Assembly: GCA_963726745.1 (NCBI GenBank)
Contig: CAVSDR010000003.1
Location: 832,001 to 896,000 of the forward strand
Origin: an uncultured Verrucomicrobiae bacterium
GTDB taxonomy: Bacteria > Verrucomicrobiota > Verrucomicrobiia > Chthoniobacterales > UBA10450
Reading direction: 5' to 3'
Length of the DNA: 64,000 bases
The stretch's first letter is position 1. Each line of letters starts with the position of its first letter. Below, in pieces: positions 30,148 through 40,061 of the stretch. The notes beneath the pieces are model-generated. The model was not told the DNA's origin. It did no database searches and was given only the letters and a program-made list of their open reading frames with translations. The position numbers were made by a program, and so were the translations under genes.

Positions 30148-30836
30148 CCCAGAAGAGAGGATGCGCTCGCACTGTCGAGATTGAGCAGGCGATCGGTCAG
30201 GTCATTCAGCGCCAGGCGCACTTCGCGGAAGCGGTCGGCTAATTCTTCGAAGACATCGCTCAACTCGCAGCGGCGCGCGGTCGCGTGGGACGAGACGAGC
30301 TGGTAATTACTCCGCCCCACCTGCTCGTAAAACTTCAGGTCGGGCGCGCCCCGCAGGCTGCGGCGCTGCGTATTTTCGTGGAAGATTCCGCTGAGGAATA
30401 ACGAGTAGTTCCCCACGTGCGCCCGCAGGAGGAAAGCCTGCTCGGAAGAGGCGCGGGTGAGCGCGATCAACATGTCGGAAATATATTGCCGGCCGCGTTC
30501 CGGCGGCAGGTGCGGACTTTGCAGGCCGTTCATGCGCGAGAACGTTTCCAGGAGCGAGGCGACGTAATCGCAGAGCTTGCGGTCGTTAATCCCGGCCTGC
30601 TGGAGCACGTAACGCGCGAGCACGTAAAAGTAGAACTGCGAGGAAATCGCCAGCTGCCCGGCGTTTTCCAGGATCGCCCGGATGAGCCGTGGGCTGTCGA
30701 GCACGGCGTCGCGCGTCTCGGCGTCGCCCAGCAGATCTGCCAGCGAGACCGACTCGGTTTGCGAGCGCGCCAGGGTGCGCACCACAAAGTCAAAATCCGC
30801 CGCGGTAAACCGCTCCCGACAATTCGCTCGAATCAT
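30144..30836 (-). CDS. Hypothetical helical protein
   Basis: ORF from MIRANCR; DYVASLL, VGNYSLFLSGIF and YE.VGRSNY; coupled to the downstream gene. Confidence 0.65.
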   Translation of the reverse strand: MIRANCRERFTAADFDFVVRTLARSQTESVSLADLLGDAETRDAVLDSPRLIRAILENAGQLAISSQFYFYVLARYVLQQAGINDRKLCDYVASLLETFSRMNGLQSPHLPPERGRQYISDMLIALTRASSEQAFLLRAHVGNYSLFLSGIFHENTQRRSLRGAPDLKFYEQVGRSNYQLVSSHATARRCELSDVFEELADRFREVRLALNDLTDRLLNLDSASASSLLG

Positions 30837-30939
30837 CGAGATCGGAGTATGAGCAGGCGCCGGGCCGTTGGCAAGAAAGCCTGCCGCCGGTGAAGTTGCC
30901 GGCTCTTTTTCGCCTAACGAGTCGTGGGCCCGGCGGCCG

Positions 30940-31458
30940 CTAGAGACCGGCGGGGTGGCGCGCCTCAAAACCGCGCGGCGTGCGCGGCGTGGCCTGCCAG
31001 CGCGGCGCCCAATGCCGGTCGCGCCGCATCGTGTTCCAAGCGGTCGTGTCCAGCCGCAGCCCGGCGATGACCGCGAAGGTGTGGCCATTGCGCGCGTAGA
31101 CCGTGATCCACTTGCCCTGCCCGCGATTCCCGAAGCGCCGGAAATCGGACGAGCTCATGGGCGACTTCACGATCCCGGCGGCTCCGAGCGCATACGAGAT
31201 CGTGCCCGAGCAATCGTAGCCGGAATCGCTGAAAGAACGGTGCCCGCCGCCGTAGCGATACGGTTTCGAGCGAAGCTGATTAGCCGCCCAGATGGCGCGC
31301 TTCACTTCCAGCGGGGCCTGCGCCGGGGCGAGCGCGAGATTGCCGCGCAACGTCGCGCGCGTGCCGGGCACGGTAGGGCCGTTTTCTGGAAAAGGGGACG
31401 CCTGCGCGAGCGTGGCCAGGCCCAGAAAGCCGAAGGCGAGAAAATGGGGGATTTTCAC
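30940..31458 (-). CDS. Secreted NlpC/P60-like endopeptidase (paralog 2)
   Basis: PYRYGGGH, YDCSG and GHTFAVIAGLRLDT; ends ARHPAGL like paralog 1. Confidence 0.82.
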   Translation of the reverse strand: MKIPHFLAFGFLGLATLAQASPFPENGPTVPGTRATLRGNLALAPAQAPLEVKRAIWAANQLRSKPYRYGGGHRSFSDSGYDCSGTISYALGAAGIVKSPMSSSDFRRFGNRGQGKWITVYARNGHTFAVIAGLRLDTTAWNTMRRDRHWAPRWQATPRTPRGFEARHPAGL

Positions 31459-31514
31459 GGGCTGTTCTTTAGCCGGGAAGGCGGCAAAAGCCAGCGATTT
31501 CCCCCAGCGCCGGC

Positions 31515-33047
31515 TCACAGGGTTTTCAGGAATTCCACCAGCGCTTCCTTCTCTTCGGGCGTGAGCTCAGTGCCGTAGAGATGCCCCCCATTTCCCTCGC
31601 CCCGCCGGCGGGTGTCGAAGAGAAAGAAAGTGTCGGCTAATTCCCCGCGCGGCCCGAGGCGGCGCGGCTCCGGTTCCTTCCAACCGACTTTCACCGGATC
31701 GAAAACGTCGTAGCCGCGGTGAAAGGTGACCGGGCGTTCCGCCGGCGGATTGAGCAAATCGCGCAAAGTCGGCACGGAACCGTTGTGGAGATAAGGCGCG
31801 CGCAGCCAGAGGCCGTCGAGCGGCGGCGAGATGTAGCCATACGGATCGAGCTCGGTCATCGGCGGCCGGTCGATGCCCATCTCCTTCACTTTCCGGTTCG
31901 CTTCTTCCGCAGCTGCTTTCGACCAGGAATGCATCCGCTCCTCGTCCGTGCCGACCTCGGCGATGGGGATGACTTTGTTCGTGCGGTCGCCGCGCGGCTC
32001 GTGGCAACCGGCGCAATCCCGCGCGTAGATGCGGCTGCCAGCTTCCGCCCGGACCGGATCGATCGGATGCGTCGCCGCGAAAGGCCACGCGGGCGGCGGG
32101 AGATCGCTCAAGTAGCGGTCGAGGTCGGCCATGCGCTGGAGGAACCACGGGCGCGGCGGCGCGCCCAGACCCATCGCGGAATCGATCAAGACCGAGCGCA
32201 CCGCGGGCGTGTCGCCGGTCCAGTTGAGCAGCATTTGCCGGCCGTTTTTATCCTTCCCGCTGCGAATCCCGAGATTCCAGATCGAAGGAAAATCGGTCGG
32301 GCCGACGCTGTTGTCCTCCTTCTGCTGGGTCATGAAATACTTCGTTAGGTTCATCGCGTCGTCGCGGCCGGGGCCCCACGCCGGCTTGGCCGTACCGTCC
32401 CCGACGAAACGCTCCATCCAGGTGAACTGCTTCTCCTGCTCCAGGAGCGCCTTCCTGGTGAAAGGAATGAGCACGTAGCGGTAGATCTGGCGGTCGAGGA
32501 AGCTGAGGCCGCCATTCCCGTACTGGTTGCCGCTAACCAGGCGGATTTCGTTCATCAAGGTCTCGGAGTTAAAGCGCGGATCGTGCGCCGCCTTGAACAT
32601 AAAACGGAGGACATCCTGGAGATTATTCGTATGCCCGGGAGCAGCCGCCACGACCTTGGGTGTCTCTTCCTCGCTGAGGCGATAGGTCGCGGTGTGGCAG
32701 ACGGCGCAGTTATTTGTCACCCGCTCGAAGCCCACGGTCTTTTTCGAGAAACCGACCGGCATCTCCGCGCCTTCTTCCCAGATGATTCCAAAGGAAGTCC
32801 AGCCGCCCGGTCCTGGCAGGAGATCGGCGAAAAGCCGCGGCATTACCAGCCAGATGAAGTAAGGCAGCCCGCGATCACCTTCCGCGCCTAACGAGCCGTA
32901 TTTAAATTGCTCTTCCTCGCTGGCGAAGACCTGCGGCCGCTCGCGGAAAAATTTCACCCAGGTGAGCCAGCCGCCAAAAGCCGCGAGCAGAACCAACGAG
33001 ATCAGGCTCACCCCGAGGAAGCGTTTGGTTTTAGGCGACAACTTCAT
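31515..33047 (-). CDS. Membrane-anchored diheme cytochrome c, RoxA/MauG-like (paralog C)
   Basis: N-terminal TM; CAVCH and CAGCH; PPLDGLWLRAPYLHNGSVPTL; GNGGH.YG...ALVEFLKTL. Confidence 0.85.
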   Translation of the reverse strand: MKLSPKTKRFLGVSLISLVLLAAFGGWLTWVKFFRERPQVFASEEEQFKYGSLGAEGDRGLPYFIWLVMPRLFADLLPGPGGWTSFGIIWEEGAEMPVGFSKKTVGFERVTNNCAVCHTATYRLSEEETPKVVAAAPGHTNNLQDVLRFMFKAAHDPRFNSETLMNEIRLVSGNQYGNGGLSFLDRQIYRYVLIPFTRKALLEQEKQFTWMERFVGDGTAKPAWGPGRDDAMNLTKYFMTQQKEDNSVGPTDFPSIWNLGIRSGKDKNGRQMLLNWTGDTPAVRSVLIDSAMGLGAPPRPWFLQRMADLDRYLSDLPPPAWPFAATHPIDPVRAEAGSRIYARDCAGCHEPRGDRTNKVIPIAEVGTDEERMHSWSKAAAEEANRKVKEMGIDRPPMTELDPYGYISPPLDGLWLRAPYLHNGSVPTLRDLLNPPAERPVTFHRGYDVFDPVKVGWKEPEPRRLGPRGELADTFFLFDTRRRGEGNGGHLYGTELTPEEKEALVEFLKTL

Positions 33048-33050
33048 CGG

Positions 33051-34616
33051 TCAAAAAGTCTTGAGGTATTCCACCAGCGCGTCCTTCTCCGCCGGCGAGA
33101 GCATCGTCCCGTAGGCGGCGCCTTCGTGGCCCGTATTCAGGTTGCCCTCGTTGCGCTCGCGCGGCGTTGCGCCCTCGCGCGGCTGGGTTTCGTAACGAAA
33201 GAAATGCCGTGGATTGGCCGGGTCATCGAGGCTGGTGCCATCCTCCCGGAAATGCCCGGGCTCAGAGACAAAGCCGAGCTTCGCCTGGTCGTAGACATCG
33301 TAGCCGCGGTAGAAAACCTGCGGCCGCTCAGCCGCGGGATTGAGCAGGTCGCGCATCGTTGGCACAGAACCGTTGTGCAGATAGGGCGCGCGCGCCCAGA
33401 CGCCGTCGAGCGGCATGTTTGCGTAGCCGTAGGTTTTGCGGAAACGATGGAAGCGCCACGGGTAGCCGGCGTAGAGGTTGTTCTGCGAAGCGGCCAGCTG
33501 GTGCGTGTAGGAATCGAGCCGATGCCGGTCGGTCCCGATCTCAGCGATCGGCACCACCTGCCCGACCTGCGCGCCTTCGAAATCGCGGCCGCTACGCCCG
33601 TGGCAGCTCGCGCAGTATTGCGCGTAGATCGGCGCGCCTTGGGCCGCGCGCGCCTGGTCGATCGCGAAAGGATACTTTGGCGGCTCCTTGGTCAGGAGCC
33701 AGCTCTCCAGCCGGCTTACTTGTTTTAAGTCGATCGTTGGCGGAAACGTGCCGGTGCCGAAGGAGGCGCTCTTGTTTCGTTCTTCCATCTTGTCGTTATT
33801 CCCATCCCAATGCGCGTGCAGCCCGCGCTCTTTCCGCTGCCCTTGCAGCCAGATGGAGGGGAAATCGCACAAGCCCACCAGCTCCCGCGTTTCCAGCTTC
33901 TCCAGCGGAAACTCGAGCAGCGTCTTCGCCGGCGTGAAAGTATCGGTGCGGCCGGGACCTTGGGCTGCTTCCCAATCAAGAAAACGAAAATGACCCGCGA
34001 GAAGTAAGAGCCGCTCGCGCATTAGCGGAATGGCGTAGAAGCGCATGATCTGGCGGTTGAGGAAATCGTAGTCCGCCCCGATGCCTTGCATCTCCGCCAT
34101 GAGGCGATCAGCAGTAAAGCGCTGGTCCGCGGCACAAGCGAAGACAAAGCGTTCAAACGCGCCCAGGTCGACTGTGTTCGACGGCATCCCGGTGTGGAAC
34201 ACCGGCGGGCTCGCGGGGGTTTCCCGCACGGAGCCGACATGGCAGATGGCGCAGTTTAGGAAGACGCGATTAATCCCCTGGGTGTTCCGCTGCGAGACTC
34301 CCACCGGCAAATCCTTCCCGTCCTCATAGAGAAAACCTAACGAGACGTATTCTTTTCCCGGGACATATTGCTTTCCGGGCAAATACTCCGGAAACATTTT
34401 AGGCAGCACTTTCCAAATCCAGATCGGGATCCCGGATTCCCGCTCGCCGCCGGTGGAACCATACTTGAAGTGCTCCTCGAGGTCGGCATAAAGCACCGGC
34501 TGGTCGCGGTTAAAACGCTGGAGATAATGCAAGGCCACGAGCGTGAGCAGGGCCACCCAGACAAGGAACACGAAACGCCAGCGCGCCTTCCGTTCTTCTA
34601 GGTCCGGCTCAGCCAT
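33051..34616 (-). CDS. Membrane-anchored diheme cytochrome c, RoxA/MauG-like (paralog B)
   Basis: N-terminal TM; CAICH and CASCH; PLDGVWARAPYLHNGSVPTM; NTGH...ALVEYLKTF. Confidence 0.85.
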   Translation of the reverse strand: MAEPDLEERKARWRFVFLVWVALLTLVALHYLQRFNRDQPVLYADLEEHFKYGSTGGERESGIPIWIWKVLPKMFPEYLPGKQYVPGKEYVSLGFLYEDGKDLPVGVSQRNTQGINRVFLNCAICHVGSVRETPASPPVFHTGMPSNTVDLGAFERFVFACAADQRFTADRLMAEMQGIGADYDFLNRQIMRFYAIPLMRERLLLLAGHFRFLDWEAAQGPGRTDTFTPAKTLLEFPLEKLETRELVGLCDFPSIWLQGQRKERGLHAHWDGNNDKMEERNKSASFGTGTFPPTIDLKQVSRLESWLLTKEPPKYPFAIDQARAAQGAPIYAQYCASCHGRSGRDFEGAQVGQVVPIAEIGTDRHRLDSYTHQLAASQNNLYAGYPWRFHRFRKTYGYANMPLDGVWARAPYLHNGSVPTMRDLLNPAAERPQVFYRGYDVYDQAKLGFVSEPGHFREDGTSLDDPANPRHFFRYETQPREGATPRERNEGNLNTGHEGAAYGTMLSPAEKDALVEYLKTF

Positions 34617-34627
34617 GCGCGCTCCAC

Positions 34628-35068
34628 TCAGTCCACCGGAAACTCCAAGGCGAAATCAATCAGCCGCTTCTTGCTCCAGAAGACCTTGCCCAGGTAAGTC
34701 CCGGGCGCGACCAGACGGATTTCATCCCGGATCCAATGGGCCACGAGCGAGGTCTCGGAATAATCCAGGACGATGCACTCCTTCTGGTCCATCCAGCTGG
34801 GTCCTTTGTAAACTTTTGCCAAAATGGCACTCAGGCCGAAGGGAAGAATCTTGTTTCGGAGCACTCCTTTGGCCGGATCAAAGACCTTCCCCTGCCAGGC
34901 GAAATGATTGACGAAGGTCGCAATCTCATCGGTGAAACGCGTTCCCGGGGCGACGATTGCGGTGCCTTTAGCTTCCCCGCTGGGGATTTCGCCGGCTGGA
35001 GCCTGGAGAAATAACTCATCCAGCTGTTCCTGCGTCATCTTCATCAACTCGGCGACAGTGTTTGGCAT
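34628..35068 (-). CDS. Small hypothetical protein, probably beta-rich
   Basis: AGGAG ribosome-binding site before ATG at 35068; WQGKVF, IVLDY, IRDEIR and YLGK. Confidence 0.7.
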   Translation of the reverse strand: MPNTVAELMKMTQEQLDELFLQAPAGEIPSGEAKGTAIVAPGTRFTDEIATFVNHFAWQGKVFDPAKGVLRNKILPFGLSAILAKVYKGPSWMDQKECIVLDYSETSLVAHWIRDEIRLVAPGTYLGKVFWSKKRLIDFALEFPVD

Positions 35069-35089
35069 AGGTCTCCTTTCGTTAGGCAT

Positions 35090-37270
35090 TCACAGCGTCT
35101 TCAGGAATTCGATCAGCGCGCGCTTATCTTCATCGGCAAGGTCGGTGCCGAAGTAATGGCCTTTGTCTTCCACGAAATCGGGACACTTATTCGCCGCCAG
35201 CATCTCTGGCACGGCCTTGATCAGTTCTGCAGTCGCTTCATCGCCCTCCAGGTGGCGCGCCTTGATCGCGACGAAGGCTTTCAGGAGTTTTGCCTGAATG
35301 GCCACGAGGTCACCCAGGTCCGGCTTTAAATTAGCCAGCAAGTTCACTGGCGTGCCTTTCGGCACCGGGCCGAAGTTCAGGTAACCATCCTTATCCGCAA
35401 AAACGCGCAGCGGCTTGGGAACAAATTCCTTTGCCAGGTGGAGGTAACACTCGTTCTCGGTGCGCCAGATGGAATTCCGGCCCGGCCGTTTCTCCGGCCA
35501 GAGAAGCTTCTCTGCCGCATCCTGGAACGCGGCCAGCCTTCCGCCTACCGAAGGATCGCCATTGAAGTTCCCGAGCGCGTTGTTATGCAGGAACGGCGCA
35601 GAACTCCAAATGCTCACCAGGGACGGCGTGCGGTAGTAGCCGGCCCCGACGTCGCGCTCGGCCGGCTTGTAGCTGATCGGCTGAGTTTCGTCGAAAGGAT
35701 TCAGGAAACTCATCTCTCCGGGGCGCGGCAGTTCTTTGTAGGTCTTGGAGGAGAAGTTATCCCAGATGTGGCCGGCCATGGCGTTGGTCCCAAAGGCGCG
35801 CGCGGAGTTCGTCTTAATCTGGTCGACCGGATAACGCTTTTCGTTCGAGAGGAAATTATCCTGGAGGAACTCGGGCTTCATGACCTCGGCCAGGAACCAG
35901 GCTTTTCCTTCGGCCGATTGCGGGTCGGTGCCCGCGGGCGGTTGCTTGCTGGAATGGCAACCGGCGCAGCTATTGGCAAAGACTTGCCGGCCACGATTCA
36001 TCACGGTGGCGTCCTGGGTGATGAAGGTCGCGCCGCCCGGCGCGTCGGCTAATTTGTAAGGCTGCAAGCGGCGAAAGAAGGCCGCGATGTTCCCCAGCCG
36101 TTCCTCCGTCGCGCGCCAAAAGACAGAGTGCTCGCGCGCATACGGAATCTCGAACGGCTTCTGCGGGAGCAGCCCGATGAGGCGATTATGCCGGGTAAGC
36201 CAATACTCCGAGAACATGCCGATATTCACGTAAACCCGGATGGTCGCGCCGGGCACGCCGATGGAATCCGCGCCATCCTTGAGGATGTGCGCAACCGGCA
36301 TGACCGACTCGGTCCCGGGCAATGCGAGGGTGCCGCCGGCGAGGGTTTCCTCGTGGGCGATGCGCTCGCGTTCCCCGAGAAGGAAGATGGCATTGATCGC
36401 GTTCGGATTATTCAAGTGATCGGTCGCGATGCGTGAGGTGTCGGAAGTGCCCGGGGGCTGCGCCCGCAGCATTTCGTAGAAGAAGCCACCCTTAGCCACG
36501 TTCGGGGCGAAGACGCGGCCCTCGCGCAGGTATTGGTTCCCGATCGCGGAGGCGAGATTCTCCCAGCCCGGGTTCTCGGGATCAGCCGGCGGATTGGTCG
36601 GCAGCGGCGCGATATGGCAAGCCCCGCAGGAAACGCCTACGCGGTATGGCCTAACGAGCGATTTTTGGTTGTAATAGGAAGGATCGTTCAGATAGCGGTT
36701 GCCATCCCACTTCTGGCGCGCCGCGGCATCGAAAGCCGGATTCGGGAAGAGGCGAAACCCGAGCACGCCGGAGGCCTTGCCGTAAACTTTTTCATCGATC
36801 CCCGCCGGTTCCGGCTCGACCGGCTGATCCAGCCAAAGTCCAAACTCATCCGGCTGGCTCGCGGCGCGGAAGCCCGGCTGGTTGATCACCCCCAGAGTCT
36901 TGAAGCGTTCTCCGCGCGGATACTTTCGGTTATCCAGCGTCTTCAAAAGATCCATCAAGCCAAAGCTGTCCTGCGCGACTTCGTTCCAAAAATGCTGGTT
37001 CCCGCCGGTCCAGAGATTCCAGGCATTCCGCCCCATGATTTCCTCCGGCAGGAGCACCAGTCCGCCGTCCATTTTGGCAAAGACATCCTCGGTTACCTGC
37101 GGAAAGTCTCTTGTCGTTAGGCGGGCGGCTTTGGCTTCATCCACCGGGTCGCGATCGCAACCGCTGGCGAAGAAGAGGAAGAGGAGGAGCGCACCGCCGA
37201 GATAGAGCTTCCACGTGCGACCGTGGCTCACGGCTGCCGGGCTGCTTTGCGTTGGGGGAAACGCGTTCAA
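35090..37270 (-). CDS. Large lipoprotein diheme cytochrome c, RoxA/MauG-like (paralog A)
   Basis: Lipobox-like FFASGC; CGACH and CAGCH; YYRTPSLVSIWSSAPFLHNN; GHYFG...ALIEFLKTL; start uncertain. Confidence 0.82.
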   Translation of the reverse strand: MNAFPPTQSSPAAVSHGRTWKLYLGGALLLFLFFASGCDRDPVDEAKAARLTTRDFPQVTEDVFAKMDGGLVLLPEEIMGRNAWNLWTGGNQHFWNEVAQDSFGLMDLLKTLDNRKYPRGERFKTLGVINQPGFRAASQPDEFGLWLDQPVEPEPAGIDEKVYGKASGVLGFRLFPNPAFDAAARQKWDGNRYLNDPSYYNQKSLVRPYRVGVSCGACHIAPLPTNPPADPENPGWENLASAIGNQYLREGRVFAPNVAKGGFFYEMLRAQPPGTSDTSRIATDHLNNPNAINAIFLLGERERIAHEETLAGGTLALPGTESVMPVAHILKDGADSIGVPGATIRVYVNIGMFSEYWLTRHNRLIGLLPQKPFEIPYAREHSVFWRATEERLGNIAAFFRRLQPYKLADAPGGATFITQDATVMNRGRQVFANSCAGCHSSKQPPAGTDPQSAEGKAWFLAEVMKPEFLQDNFLSNEKRYPVDQIKTNSARAFGTNAMAGHIWDNFSSKTYKELPRPGEMSFLNPFDETQPISYKPAERDVGAGYYRTPSLVSIWSSAPFLHNNALGNFNGDPSVGGRLAAFQDAAEKLLWPEKRPGRNSIWRTENECYLHLAKEFVPKPLRVFADKDGYLNFGPVPKGTPVNLLANLKPDLGDLVAIQAKLLKAFVAIKARHLEGDEATAELIKAVPEMLAANKCPDFVEDKGHYFGTDLADEDKRALIEFLKTL

Positions 37271-37330
37271 GCCAGCCGCAGGTGTAACCTTTTCCGCGGC
37301 CCCCTCACAAGGAGAAACATCCCGCGGCGT

Positions 37331-40061
37331 CTAGGTCTGGAGCGCTTCCTCCAGCCAGGCGGGCATGGAAGTGCCGAGATGTCTTTGCACCGCGCGCACG
37401 AAGCCGGCGAAATCCTCCACCGGGTCCGGACAGATGAGATTCATCGTGTGCCGGCCGAGCATGCGATAACTCTCGAACTGCGACTCGCTGAAGAATTGAT
37501 CGGTCGTGCTCTCGTGCGGGAAGAGCTTGTTGCTTTTGAAATACTCGTAGACGTCGCGCGGCTCCGCGCCGTAGCAGGCGGGCTTCAGGTAAACCAGGAT
37601 GCCATCAGGCGCGCCCTCACCGTCGACTGGCGAGTAGCAGCACGCGCCCGATCGCGGCGTGACAGCCGCCCGCGCCGCCCGGCGGCTGATCGTTCCGGCC
37701 ATAGATGCGGATGTCGTCGAACTCGATCGAAATGCCGAGATCGATCCGGATTTTGCGCACGGCATCGCCGAGATCGGCGAAAGAGCATTCCGGATCCTGG
37801 CCGGCGTCGCTGACTACGAGGTAATGGCAGCGCCGCAGAACCATTTCGTAAAGCCCGAGGTTCTCGAAATGTCCTCCGTCGGATAGGTAAACGTAGGGAT
37901 TGCACTCGTTCGTTAGGCCGAAGGCTTCGGCAAAGATCGGGCGCACGCTGAAGTTCGGGTAACTCAGCTGAAAAGTATTGTCCCCCGCCGGCCCGGGGTT
38001 ACCCAGCCATGCCCCCAGGCGGACGTTCAGCAAGGTGAGGATAAAGGTGACCAGCGGCGAGGAATGGTAGCCCATGTTTGGGCTCGCGGCCGCGCCGGAG
38101 ATGGTGATGGCCGTGCCTAACGAAAGCTCGCCACCGTAGCGGCAGCCCGCCGGCGCGACCAGCCGGCGATAGCCGACTTCATACGACCCGCAATGCAGCG
38201 GCGAAATGGTGAAACTGGCCGCCTTGCGGTCCTGCCAGGCCAGCCGCTTTCCGCTGACGAGGTTGAGCGCAACGTTCACCACCGGGAGAAGTCGCCGGCT
38301 AAATTTCTCCGGTGGCCAGACGAAACGCATGGCCACGTTGTCCTTCTCGTCGAAGCCGGTAAACGGATTCGGGCACCGGCGGCGATTGGAAGCGCCCAGG
38401 TAGGCGCGGATGAGCCGGTCGCGATACATCGCGTGCAGGGAAAACTTGTTCGTGTTGATCAAGTGCGCCATCGCCAGCCCGAAGAGCGCCAGCCCGGCAG
38501 CCACGCAGCTGAGCAGCGAAAGCGGCGTGTAGAGGATGACGTTGAGGTATTCCACCGTCTCGCCGAGGACGGCAGAGCGATCCTGCAGATTCCACGGCAA
38601 TGCGAGGCTTTGGCCGATGTGTTTCACCATCCAGGTGGTCCCTTTGGTGATGAAGATCATGAGCACGAGGACGAACAGCAGCGCCGCCAGGCTGGTCGCC
38701 TTCGAGAGAAGGAGCGCGAGCGGCCCGGCTTTGCCTTTTTCCTTGTCGTTCGCCGGGATGTAGCTGCTCCGGCTGGCCAGAATAGTCAGCAACCCGGAGA
38801 TCGCGCCCGCCGCCAAAGTGCTGCCTAAACGCACCCCACGCGAGAGCAGGAGCGGGCCGAAAACGAGCAGGCCGCTCATCAGGACCCAGCCAGCCGCAAG
38901 CGCAAGAAACCAGCCGGTCGCGCGGCCCCACCATTCGCGATCGGGATCGCCGGTCCACCGGCTGGAGATGCCGGCGAAGACCATGATCGCGAGAAAGAAA
39001 AACGAGAGAAACAGCGGCACCGCAAGGCAGGTGTAGAGCTCGGCTTTGGCGGTGGGTTGATTAAAAATTTTCGTTGCCCCCAGCCAGAGAAGCCAGCCGC
39101 CCACGCCGCCGGAGACAACAACGGCGATGAACTCCTTGAAACGAAAGCCATGCGCCCGCAGGAGCGAAGTGGCCCACGAGATCAGGTGCATCACCACCCC
39201 GAAAAGGACGAAGGGATACTCCGAGCGGAACTCCGTCCAGCCGAAGAAGCGCCAGGCAATCAAAGGCCGCTCGTAGTAACGCCACCAAGCCCAGTGCAGG
39301 GTGATGCAAATCGCCGCCAGCAGCATCGGCAGGAGGCAGAAGAAGAGGAAGCGATTCTGGCTCCAGCGGCGGTTCCCACCGCAGGGAAGATTCAGGCCCA
39401 TGTAGGCCACGCTCATCGCGATGCAGAGCCCGCCGGCGAGCAGCGGGTAGACTGAATACGGCGGCGGCGAGAGCATGAGCGTGGCGGTGTAAAACCACGG
39501 CACCGTGAGCATCGCCGCGAGCAGCGGCAGGAGGACACACCAGTTTAGCAGGAGATTGCGCAGGTAAGTGCCGATGAGCGTCCAGGTGTCGGCGGAGAGC
39601 AGGCCCAGGCGCGGGCTTAAGTAGTTTGAGTAACTGCGGAGGTTTTGGATCGGTTCCGGCTCGGGGTTGGGCCGCGCCTTTGGCTCCGGTTGCGCCAGCC
39701 GCGCGGTCACTTCGCTCAAGCCGCCATCGGCATTCCCGATCCAGGCCGCGAGCCAGCCGCCGATGTAACCGCCGCCCGACACGGTCGAGAGATAATGAAA
39801 TTGCGGGAGCAACCCGATCCGCGCCAACCCCTGGAGCACGCCCAGGGAAAAGGTCGCGCTCCGGATGCCGCCGCCGGAAATACAAAGTGCTGCCTGTTTT
39901 TCCTCCAAGGCATGGACGGCCGACCAGTAGGCCGGCAAAGCTTCCTCGGGGATATTCCCAGAGGATTCGTTAGGCAGCGGCCCATGCAGCCGGGCAAATT
40001 CCTCCCGCAAAACTTCGTGCAGTGGCAGCGAAGGGTTGACCGGGGAAGGAGGCGTCTCCAT
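37331..40061 (-). CDS. Patatin/cPLA2-like lipid acyl hydrolase with a large central membrane domain; +1 frameshift near 37640
   Basis: SGGGIRSA oxyanion loop, STVSGGGY nucleophile, DGGHFENLG; about 10 TM segments between them; tail FPHESTTDQFFSESQFESYR in the next frame. Confidence 0.82.

Noticed and set aside
37283..37289. Additional ECF -35 element TGTAACC between the patatin and cytochrome genes
   Set aside because: It points against the direction of the cluster and has no xGTC element 16 bp downstream.
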